Source: Macrostomum lignano | Lineage: Eukaryota | Assembly: GCA_002269645.1 (NCBI GenBank) | Contig: NIVC01000276.1 | Location: 124,001 to 188,000, forward strand | DNA: 64,000 nucleotides | Direction of reading: 5' to 3' | Part shown: in pieces, positions 23,001 to 35,000 of the stretch | Numbering within the stretch: position 1 is the first letter of the stretch | Layout of the letters: each line of letters opens with the position of its first letter | The notes under the pieces: generated by a model | The model's input: only the letters and a program-made list of their open reading frames with translations | The model's database searches: none | Told to the model about the DNA's origin: nothing | Program-made: the position numbers and the translations under genes

Positions 23001-26000
23001 CTAGAGAATCAGTGCCTTCCTAGAGAATCAGTGCCTTCCTAGAGAATCAGTGCCTTCCTGGGGTATCAGTAATTTCCTGGGGTATCAGTGCCTTCCTAGA
23101 GAATCAGTGCCTTCCTGGGGTATCAGTAATTTCCTGGGGTATCAGTGCCTTCCTAGAGAATCAGTGCCTTCCTGGGGTATCAGTAATTTCCTGGGGTATC
23201 AGTGCCTTCCTAGAGAATCAGTGCCTTCCTGGGGTATCAGTAATTTCCTGGGGTATCAGTGCCTTCCTAGAGAATCAGTGCCTTCCTGGGGTATCAGTAA
23301 TTTCCTGGGGTATCAGTGCCTTCCTAGAGAATCAGTGCCTTCCTGGGGTATCAGTAATTTCCTGGGGTATCAGTGCCTTCCTAGAGAATCAGTGCCTTCC
23401 TGGCGTATCAGTAATTTCCTGGGGTATCAGTGCCTTCCTAGAGAATCAGTGCCTTCCTGGCGTATCAGTAATTTCCTGGGGTATCAGTGCCTTCCTAGAG
23501 AATCAGTGCCTTCCTGGGGTATCAGTAATTTCCTGGGGTATCAGTGCCTTCCTAGAGAATCAGTGCCTTCCTATGGTGTATCAGTGCCTTCCTGTGAGGT
23601 GTCAGTGCCTTCCTAGAGAATCAGTGCCTTCCTATGGTGTATCAGTGCCTTCCTGTGAGGTGTCAGTGCCTTCCTAGAGAATCAGTGCCTTCCTATGGTG
23701 TATCAGTGCCTTCCTGTGAGGTGTCAGTGCCTTCTTAGAGTTTCCCTGAAGTGAGATATGTGTGTCCGTAAACGGCAGAATAACTACTTTAGCTATAGTT
23801 AAATCGAACGCAAAAATCCATTTTTAAACTCCGTACAAAAAGTTTTCTTCGCAAGCAAGGCAGGTCATTTTTATCCTCTTTCAGTACGTCACCAAGTGGC
23901 TCAATGAGGTGTACCGTCTGCACCTGGAGATTGTACTGTCGGTACTACTGCCTCATCCGCCAGATTATGCCAGAGTTGGAGGCTACTGGTGGGTTTGGGT
24001 CTGTAATTACTGTTTCCTATTGCTGTAAGAACCCACTCCACTTCTATGCGCTCAACCCACCTCCATGCAGCCACCCCACCTCCATGCAGCCACCCCACCT
24101 CCATGCAGCCACCCCACCTCCATGCAGCCACCCCACCTCCATGCAGCCACCCCACCTCCATACAGCCACCCACCTCCATGCAGCCACCCCACCTCCATGC
24201 AGCCACCCCACCTCCATGCAGCCACCCCACCTCCATGCAGCCACCCACCTCCATGCAGCCACCCCACCTCCATGCAGCCACCCCACCTCCATGCAGCCAC
24301 CCCACCTCCATGCAGCCACCCCACCTCCATGCAGCCACCCCACCTCCATGCAGCCACCCCACCTCCATGCAGCCACCCCACCTCCATGCAGCCACCCCAC
24401 CTCCATGCAGCTCAGATAGAAGTAAAGATGCAGAGGCGTATCTGAGCTTACCACAAGCACTTTTCGAGCCATTTTGAGCTTCTTTTGAGACGCAGCTGTA
24501 TCTCCCGAGTCTTTTGGATTGTCGAGTGTCTCATAAAGCTGCTCACGAGTCAAGTCTCCCGTTACTATCAAGCCGTCACGCCGCCTTTCAGGAACCTGAG
24601 CAGCAGCCGCACCGACATCATCCAGGAGGGCCTCGGCCGGCTGCTCAGCCTGGTTCAATACGATTGCATCATCACTTTCGATGTGTGGAACTACACAATG
24701 CCGTTCTGGCTCGAGGCCATTCGCACCGAAGTGCCGCCCGAAGAGCTGCCCCGCCTCAGCATGGTGATGCGCAAGCTGTACGACCTGCACAGCGGCCCGT
24801 TCCCCTGCATGGCCTCCAAGCTGTTCAACTTTGCGGCCGAGCGGTTCGATCAGACCACCGTGGCGGTGCAAGATCAGGTGCGAATCTTAGCTGCTAGTGC
24901 TCTATTCCCCGTTTGCGATCCCAATTAGACATCCTGATCCCAAATCCCATCGGACATCCTGATCCCGAATCTCCATCGACATCCTGATCCCAAATCCCAT
25001 CGGACATCCTGATCCCGAATCTCCATCGGACATCCTGATCCCAAATCCCATCGGACATCCTGATCCCGAATCTCCATCGGACATCCTGATCCCAAATCCC
25101 ATCGGACATCCTGATCCCGAATCCCATCGGACATCCTGATCCCAAATCCCATCGGACATCCTGATCCCGAATCCCATCGGACATCCTGATCCCAAATCCC
25201 ATCGGACATCCTGATCCCGAATCCCATCGGACATCCTGATCCCAAATCCCATCGGACATCCTGATCCCGAATCCCATCGGACATCCTGATCCCAAATCCC
25301 TTCGGACATCCTGATCCCAAAACCCATCGGACATCCTGATCCCAAATCCCATCGGACATCCTGATCCCGAATCTCTATCGGACATCCTGATCCCGAATCT
25401 CTATCGGACATCCTGATCCCGAATCTCTATCGGACATCCTGATCCCGAATCCCTTCGGACATCCTGATCCCAAATCCCTTAGGACATCCTGATCCCGAAT
25501 CTCCATCGGACATCCTGATCCCGAATCTCCATCGGACATCCTGACCCCGAATCTCCATCGGACATCCTGATCCCGAATCTCCATCGGACATCCTGATCCC
25601 GAATCTCCATCGACATCCTGATCCCGAATCTCCATCGGACATCCTGATCCCGAATCTCCATCGGACATCCTGATCCCGAATCTCCATCGGACATCCTGAT
25701 CCCAAATCCCATCGTACATCCTGATCCCAAATCCCAGCAAAGTCATAATTTCATTCTTCATCTCTGCCTCTGCCTCTCAGGTGCTCTCCTGGCTGCGCAT
25801 CCTGACGGACCTTCGCGTCCCGATCCAAATCTTGGAGCTGTTGCCGATGTTCCGCAAGGGAGTCGAGTCTCTACTGAATCCTGGCGCCGCTGCCGCTGCC
25901 GCTGTTGCGGCCGCCGCCGAGCTGGACGAAGATCGCGACGTGAACACCCGGCCGGATGATGCGGCGGCCGGCGCGACCGGCGGCAGCGCCAGCAGCCAGA

Positions 26001-29000
26001 CCTCAGCGCCACTCCCCGGCCGCCACCGCCTCGGCCTCCTCGGCCGGCTACGCGGCTCTGCCGTGCTTCATCGAGATGCTGCGAATCAGCCTTCAGCACC
26101 TGGTCGACGAGCGCGACTTGCCAACCGTGCTCGAGTGCCCGCCGTCGCGCGGCTGGGATCTCAATAACGAGACCTCCAAGCAGTTGATGGGCTGCTGCTA
26201 CTGATGCTGAGCGGAGTCTGGACGGAAAGCACAGCTGCGGAACGACTCCGCCGCTGTGGACTGCCAGTTCTGCCGCGAGTGCCGCCAGTGGCACCAGTAT
26301 GCCGCCTGCGTGCTGAAGTTCATCGCTCCGGCCAAGCCCAAGCGGCTGCCCGTGAAGGACCTGCCCGAGGTGACGCCACAGCAGCCGCCGACGTCGCAGG
26401 CGTCGGGTACGTCGGACGATCGACGCTCGTCGAAAACTTCGCAGTCGCAGGCGCCGGCCGAGACAGCTGTTGAAGCCTCAGTGACAGTGCTGACATCGGC
26501 GTCGGCGCCTGGCGGAGCTTCTGGTAGCGGCGGCGCCGCCGCATCGACGTCGGCAGCTTCGACTTCCGCCGGCAGCGGCCGGGGAGCCGGCAGCGGCGGG
26601 GCGGCCCCACCTAGCTGGGAGGCCTTCCCTATGGACGAGAACTGCCTGCCGGAGGAGGACGAAACCAAGGCCGACGATGAGCCATCGGGCTCGGCCGATG
26701 ACCAGCAGGAGCCCGCGTTTGCTGATGCTCATCTGGCTGTGCACCTGCGTCTGGTTCGGGCTCTGCTCAAGGTGAGCTGCCTGGCTGCAAATTTATATAT
26801 AGTCGTTGGGAATTGAGGTCAGCTATCGTCATAGATTGAGGTTAACTAAGGTCAGGGAATCGAGGTCAACCAAGGTCGTTAATCAACTTTAACTACGGTC
26901 ACGAATCGGGGTCCAAATTGGCCGTGCGAATTTTATAAAACAGAAAGTATCTGACACTGGTTTTTGAACTGCTAAATTCAGGAACTCGAGTCGCACACGG
27001 ACATGGAGGTGACGCTGAGTATTCTGTCCTCTCTCAGCTACCTCTGTCTTCACTGCCACGCGCTCTACAAAGCTCAAGAGGAGAACAAAGACTTCGTGCA
27101 GTTTGTATTGAAGTACCAGTTTATTCCCACGTGAGTATATCCGTAATTTTTATTGATTATTATTATGGACAAAGTGCAATTGGTTCCCGACTGAACCTGC
27201 CCTCCCCCGGGTGCCAACACAGGCTGTGGAAGCTGCTGAAGGCGGAGAACTCGGCGCTGGCTGGCGGTCTGGTGTCGCTGCTGCTTCACTGCCTGGCGCT
27301 GCACTCTGGCGCCGAGGTGTTCTGGTCCATCCTTGAGCGGGAGTTCACCAGCGACAGCTGGCGCACCCGCTTTGATGCGGTCGAGAAGGTGCCTGATGCT
27401 CTCTCGCTGGATATTGGGATTGGGTTGATATTTGACTGGTTGCTTGGTGCTTTTAGGGCAGGAAAATTCGTGATAATCTGAATTTTTATGCAAATTCACG
27501 ATTGCTTTTTTTCTCAATCTGATCTCTCCCTCATTCTCTGACCTGTGCCTCTCTGATCTGTGCCTCTCTGATCTGTGCCTCTCTGATCTGTGCCTCTCTG
27601 ATCTGTGCCTCTCTGATCTGTGCCTCTCTGATCTGTGCCTCTCTGATCTGTGCCTCTCTGATCTGTGCCTCTCTGATCTGTGCCTCTCTGATCTGTGCCT
27701 CTCTGATCTGTGCCTCTCTGATCTGTGCCTCTCTGATCTGTGCCTCTCTGATCTGTGCCTCTCTGATCTGTGCCTCTCTGATCTGTGCCTCTCTGATCTG
27801 TGCCTCTCTGATCTGTGCCTCTCTGATCATCTGTGCCTCTCTGATCTGTGCCTCTCTGATCTGTGCCTCTCTGATCATCTGTGCCTCTCTGATCTGTGCC
27901 TCTCTGATCTGTGCCTCTCTGATCTGTGCCTCTCTGATCTGTGCCTCTCTGATCATCTGTGCCTCTCTGATCTGTGCCTCTCTGATCTGTGCCTCTCTGA
28001 TCTGTGCCTCTCTGATCTGTGCCTCTCTGATCTGTGCCTCTCTGATCTGTGCCTCTCTGATCTGTGCCTCTCTGATCATCTGTGCCTCTCTGATCTGTGC
28101 CTCTCTGATCATCTGTGCCTCTCTGATCTGTGCCTCTCTGATCTGTGCCTCTTTGATCTGTGCCTCTCTGATCATCTGTGCCTCTCTGATCTGTGCCTCT
28201 CTGATCTGTGCCTCTCTGATCATCTGTGCCTCTCTGATCTGTGCCTCTCTGACCTGTGCCTCTCTGATCTGTGCCTCTCTGATCTGTGCCTCTCTGATCT
28301 GTGCCTCTCTGATCTGTGCCTCTCTGATTTCTTTTGCCTTGATCTTTAAGTGTAAATGCAGAAATGTTCAATATCCACATTTCTTAGACCAAGTCTTTAC
28401 TATCACCTACCCTACACGTATCCGTATAAACATAAATAATAGTTCAAACCTGTTCAATCGCTTATTGCACTCAAATCTCGCATCCCAGGTGACCGTGATC
28501 TGCCGGGAGATGTCGTCGGATTGCCCGAAGGCCTCCTACATAGTCGTGACGTCGCTGGCCCACGCGTTCAGCAATCTGATCGGCTCTCTTGATGNNNNNN
28601 NNNNNNNNNNNNNNNNNNNNNNNNNNNNNNNNNNNNNNNNNNNNNNNNNNNNNNNNNNNNNNNNNNNNNNNNNNNNNNNNNNNNNNNNNNNNNNNNNNNN
28701 NNNNNNNNNNNNNNNNNNNNNNNNNNNNNNNNNNNNNNNNNNNNNNNNNNNNNNNNNNNNNNNNNNNNNNNNNNNNNNNNNNNNNNNNNNNNNNNNNNNN
28801 NNNNNNNNNNNNNNNNNNNNNNNNNNNNNNNNNNNNNNNNNNNNNNNNNNNNNNNNNNNNNNNNNNNNNNNNNNNNNNNNNNNNNNNNNNNNNNNNNNNN
28901 NNNNNNNNNNNNNNNNNNNNNNNNNNNNNNNNNNNNNNNNNNNNNNNNNNNNNNNNNNNNNNNNNNNNNNNNNNNNNNNNNNNNNNNNNNNNNNNNNNNN

Positions 29001-32000
29001 NNNNNNNNNNNNNNNNNNNNNNNNNNNNNNNNNNNNNNNNNNNNNNNNNNNNNNNNNNNNNNNNNNNNNNNNNNNNNNNNNNNNNNNNNNNNNNNNNNNN
29101 NNNNNNNNNNNNNNNNNNNNNNNNNNNNNNNNNNNNNNNNNNNNNNNNNNNNNNNNNNNNNNNNNNNNNNNNNNNNNNNNNNNNNNNNNNNNNNNNNNNN
29201 NNNNNNNNNNNNNNNNNNNNNNNNNNNNNNNNNNNNNNNNNNNNNNNNNNNNNNNNNNNNNNNNNNNNNNNNNNNNNNNNNNNNNNNNNNNNNNNNNNNN
29301 NNNNNNNNNNNNNNNNNNNNNNNNNNNNNNNNNNNNNNNNNNNNNNNNNNNNNNNNNNNNNNNNNNNNNNNNNNNNNNNNNNNNNNNNNNNNNNNNNNNN
29401 NNNNNNNNNNNNNNNNNNNNNNNNNNNNNNNNNNNNNNNNNNNNNNNNNNNNNNNNNNNNNNNNNNNNNNNNNNNNNNNNNNNNNNNNNNNNNNNNNNNN
29501 NNNNNNNNNNNNNNNNNNNNNNNNNNNNNNNNNNNNNNNNNNNNNNNNNNNNNNNNNNNNNNNNNNNNNNNNNNNNNNNNNNNNNNNNNNNNNNTGGGGT
29601 ATCAGTAATTTCCTGGGGTATCAGTGCCTTCCTAGAGAATCAGTGCCTTCCTGGGTATCAGTAATTTCCTGGGGTATCAGTGCCTTCCTAGAGAATCAGT
29701 GCCTTCCTGGGTATCAGTAATTTCCTGGGGTATCAGTGCCCTTCTAGAGAATCAGTGCCTTCCTGTGAGGTGTCAGTGCCTTCTTAGAGTTTCCCTGAAG
29801 TGAGATATGTGTGTCCGTAAACGGCAGAATAACTACTTTAGCTATAGTTAAATCGAACGCAAAAATCCATTTTTAAACTCCGTACAAAAAGTTTTCTTCG
29901 CAAGCAAGGCAGGTCATTTTTATCCTCTTTCAGTACGTCACCAAGTGGCTCAATGAGGTGTACCGTCTGCACCTGGAGATTGTACTGTCGGTACTACTGC
30001 CTCATCCGCCAGATTATGCCAGAGTTGGAGGCTACTGGTGGGTTTGGGTCTGTAATTACTGTTTCCTATTGCTGTAAGAACCACTCCACTTCTATGCGCT
30101 CAATTCACCTCCATGCAGCCACCCCACCTCCATGCAGCCACCCCACCTCCATGCAGCCACCCCACCTCCATGCAGCCACCCCACCTCCATGCAGCCACCC
30201 CACCTCCATGCAGCCACCCACCTCCATGCAGCCACCCCACCTCCATGCAGCCACCCCACCTCCATGCAGCCACCCCACCTCTATGCAGCCACCCCACCTC
30301 CATGCAGCCACCCCACCTCCATGCAGCCACCCCACCTCCATGCAGCTCAGATGGAAGTAAAAGTCTGGCAGATTAAAGTATGCTGACTTAAGCCGTATCT
30401 GATCTTACCACAAGCACTTTTCGAGCCATTTTGAGCTTCTTTTGAGACGCAGCTGTATCTCCCGAGTCTTTTGGATTGTCGAGTGTCTCAAAAAGCTGCT
30501 CACGAGTCAAGTCTGTTACTATCAAGCCGTCACGCCACCTTTCAGGAACCTAAGCAGCAGCCGCACCGACATCATCCAGGAGGGCCTCGGCCGGCTGCTC
30601 AGCCTGGTTCAATACGATTGCATCATCACTTTCGATGTGTGGAACTACACAATGCCGTTCTGGCTCGAGGCCATTCGCACCGAAGTGCCGCCCGAAGAGC
30701 TGCCCCGCCTCAGCATGGTGATGCGCAAGCTGTACGACCTGCACAGCGGCCCGTTCCCCTGCATGGCCTCCAAGCTGTTCAACTTTGCGGCCGAGCGGTT
30801 CGATCAGACCACCGTGGCGGTGCAAGATCAGGTGCGAATCTTAGGCTGCTAGTGCTCTATTCCCCGTTTGCGATCCCAATCTCCATCGACATCCTGATCC
30901 CAAATCCCATCGGACATCCTGATCCCGAATCTCCATCGGACATCCTGATCCCAAATCCCATCGGACATCCTGATCCCGAATCCCATCGGACATCCTGATC
31001 CCGAATCCCATCGGACATCCTGATCCCAATCCATCGACATCCTGATCCGAATCCCATCGGACATCCTGATCCAAATCCATCGACATCCTGATCCCGAATC
31101 CCATCGGACATCCTGATCCCAAATCCTTCGGACATCCTGATCCCAAAACCCATCGGACATCCTGATCCCAAATCCCATCGGACATCCTGATCCCGAATCT
31201 CTATCGGACATCCTGATCCCGAATCTCTATCGGAATCCTGATCCGAATCTCTATCGGACATCCTGATCCGAATCCCTCGGACATCCTGATCCAAATCCCT
31301 TAGGACATCCTGATCCCGAATCTCCATCGACATCCTGATCCGAATCTCCATCGGACATCCTGACCGAATCTCCATCGGACATCCTGATCCCGAATCTCCA
31401 TCGGACATCCTGATCCCGAATCTCCATCGGACATCCTGATCCCGAATCTCCATCGGACATCCTGATCCCGAATCTCCATCGGACATCCTGATCCCAAATC
31501 CCATCGTACATCCTGATCCCAAATCCCAGCAAAGTCATAATTTCATTCTTCATCTCTGCCTCTGCTCTCAGGTGCTCTCCTGGCTGCGCATCCTGACGGA
31601 CCTTCGCGTCCCGATCCAAATCTTGGAGCTGTTGCCGATGTTCCGCAAGGGAGTCGAGTCTCTACTGAATCCTGGCGCCGCTGCCGCTGCCGCTGTTGCG
31701 GCCGCCGCCGAGCTGGACGAAGATCGCGACGTGAACACCCGGCCGGATGATGCGGCGGCCGGCGCGACCGGCGGCAGCGCCAGCAGCCAGACCTCAGCGC
31801 CACTCCCCGGCGCCGCCACCGCCTCGGCCTCCTCGGCCGGCTACCGGGCTCTGCGTGCTTCATCGAGATGCTGCGAATCAGCCTTCAGCACCTGGTCGAC
31901 GAGCGCGACTTGCCAACCGTGCTCGAGTGCCCGCCGTCGCGCGGCTGGGATCTCAATAACGAGACCTCCAAGCAGTTGATGGGGCTGCTGCTACTGATGC

Positions 32001-35000
32001 TGAGCGGAGTCTGGGACGGAAAGCACAGCTGCCGGAACGACTCCGCCGCTGTGGACTGCCAGTTCTGCCGCGAGTGCCGCCAGTGGCACCAGTATGCCGC
32101 CTGCGTGCTGAAGTTCATCGCTCCGGCCAAGCCCAAGCGGCTGCCCGTGAAGGACCTGCCCGAGGTGACGCCACAGCAGCCGCCGACGTCGCAGGCGTCG
32201 GGTACGTCGGACGATCGACGCTCGTCGAAAACTTCGCAGTCGCAGGCGCCGGCCGAGACAGCTGTTGAAGCCTCAGTGACAGTGCTGACATCGGCGTCGG
32301 CGCCTGGCGGAGCTTCTGGTAGCGGCGGCGCCGCCGCATCGACGTCGGCAGCTTCGACTTCCGCCGGCAGCGGCCGGGGAGCCGGCAGCGGCGGGGCGGC
32401 CCCCCTAGCTGGGAGGCCTTCCCTATGGACGAGAACTGCCTGCCGGAGGAGGACGAAACCAAGGCCGACGATGAGCCATCGGGCTCGGCCGATGACCAGC
32501 AGGAGCCCGCGTTTGCTGATGCTCATCTGGCTGTGCACCTGCGTCTGGTTCGGGCTCTGCTCAAGGTGAGCTGCCTGGCTGCAAATTTATATATAGTCGT
32601 TGGGAATTGAGGTCAGCTATCGTCATAGATTGAGGTTAACTAAGGTCAGGGAATCGAGGTCAACCAAGGTCGTTAATCAAGTTTAACTACGGTCACGAAT
32701 CGGGTTCCAAATTGGCCGTGCGAATTTTATAAAACAAAAAGTATCTGACACTGGTTTCTGAACTGCTAAATTCAGGAACTCGAGTCGCACACGGACATGG
32801 AGGTGACGCTGAGTATTCTGTCCTCTCTCAGCTACCTCTGTCTTCACTGCCACGCGCTCTACAAAGCTCAAGAGGAGAACAAAGACTTCGTGCAGTTTGT
32901 ATTGAAGTACCAGTTTATTCCCACGTGAGTATATCCGTAATTTTTATTGATTATTATTATGGACAAAGAGCAATTGGTTCCCGACTGAACCTGCCCTCCC
33001 CCGGGTGCCAACACAGGCTGTGGAAGCTGCTGAAGGCGGAGAACTCGGCGCTGGCTGGCGGTCTGGTGTCGCTGCTGCTGCACTGCCTGGCGCTGCACTC
33101 TGGCGCCGAGGTGTTCTGGTCCATCCTGGAGCGGGAGTTCACCAGCGACAGCTGGCGCACCCGCTTTGATGCGGTTGAGAAGGTGCCTGATGCTCTCTCG
33201 CTGGATATTGGGATGGGGTTGATGTTTGACTGGTTGCTTGGTGCTTTTAGGGCAGGAAAATTCGTGATAATTTTTATGCAAAATCACGATTGCTTTTTTT
33301 CTCAATCTGATCTCTCCCTCATTCTCTGACCTGTGCCTCTCTGATCTGTGCCTCTCTGATCATCTGTGCCTCTCTGATCTGTGCCTCTCTGATCTGTGCC
33401 TCTCTGATCATCTGTGCCTCTCTGACCTGTGCCTCTCTGATCTGTGCCTCTCTGATCTGTGCCTCTGATCTGTGCCTCTCTGATCTGTGCCTCTCTGATC
33501 ATCTGTGCCTCTCTGATCTGTGCCTCTCTGATCTGTGCCTCTCTGATCATCTGTGCCTCTCTGATCTGTGCCTCTCTGATCTGTGCCTCTGATCTGTGCC
33601 TCTCTGACCTGTGCCTCTCTGACCTGTGCCTCTCTGATCTGTGCCTCTCTGATCTGTGCCTCTGATCTGTGCCTCTCTGATCTGTGCCTCTCTGATCATC
33701 TGTGCCTCTCTGATCTGTGCCTCTCTGATCTGTGCCTCTGATCTGTGCCTCTCTGACCTGTGCCTCTCTGATCTGTGCCTCTCTGATCTGTGCCTCTGAT
33801 CTGTGCCTCTCTGATCTGTGCCTCTCTGATCTGTGCCTCTCTGATCTGTGCCTCTCTGATCTGTGCCTCTCTGACCTGTGCCTCTATGATCTGTACCTCT
33901 CTGATCTGAGCCTCTCTGATCTGTGCCTCTATGATCTGTGCCTCTATGATCTGTGCCTCTCTGATCTGTGCCTCTCTGATCTGTGCCTCTCTGATCTGTG
34001 CCTCTCTGATCTGTGCCTCTTTGATTTCTTTTGCCTTGATCTTCAAGTGTAAATGTAGAAATGTTCAATATTCACATTTCTTATACCAAGTCTTTACTAT
34101 CACCTACCCTACACGTATCCGTATAAACATAAATAATAGTTCAAACCTGTTCAATCGCTTATTGCACTCAAATCTCGCATCCCAGGTGACCGTGATCTGC
34201 CGGGAGATGTCATCGGATTGCCCGAAGGCCTCCTACATAGTCGTGACGTCGCTGGCCCACGCGTTCAGCAATCTGATCGGCTCTCTTGATGACATTAATA
34301 CAGCCGTGGCGCAGCGAGCGCAGCTTTACCTGGAGACCGTGAAGCAGAGCTCGCTCAGGTGTATGATCCAGTGTTTGGAGGCCCAGTTCGACTCCGTTAT
34401 TAACGATCGCACACTGATACTGCAGCGAATATACCAACTGAGCTGCGCTTTGAAGGACGCTCCGGTCTTGACTTGGGATTTTTTCATGGCGCGATTTGAC
34501 GCCCTGTCGCTGGAGGCCCAGCTCGACTTGGAGAGCCGGGGCGATATCACCTGCGCTACTGGTGAGGGCTGGAGGTGGAGGGTATCAGGGTAGGTGAAGG
34601 GAGGGTAGAGGTGAAGGGAGGGTAGAGGTGAAGGGAGGGTAGAGGTGAAGGGAGTGTAGAGGTGAAGGGAGTGTAGAGGTGAAGGGAGGGTAGAGGTGAA
34701 GGGAGTGTAGAGGTGAAGGGAGGGTAGAGGTGAAGGGAGTGTAGAGGTGAAGGGAGGGTAGAGGTGAAGGGAGGTAGAGGTGAAGGGAGGGTAGAGGTGA
34801 AGGGAGTATAGAGTGAGGAGAGTTGAGCTGTGCGGACAGAGAGCCTCCCCCGCCCGCAGACATATCAGGCAACAGCAACCGGGACTCGGAGGCGTTCATG
34901 CGCAAGTACAACCGGGCCAGATTCGCCGTGGCACGCACTGACAGCGTCCGTTCTGTGAGCTCCTCGGCATTCGTGAAGCCGCCCTACAGACGCGCCTGCT

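Noticed and set aside
24925-25830. Idea that intronic repeat units derive from adjacent exon sequence (e.g. catcctga, ccgcccta, catctat shared with neighbouring exons)
   Set aside because: Shared words are only 7-8 nt, expected by chance at these lengths; only the 41-nt exon 3 duplication is convincing.
28153-29664. ORFs spanning the N run
   Set aside because: Gap artefact.
25781-32565. unc-79 as a frameshifted pseudogene
   Set aside because: Indels in the two exon 11 copies are complementary and homopolymer-associated, substitutions are synonymous, and all other exons are intact.
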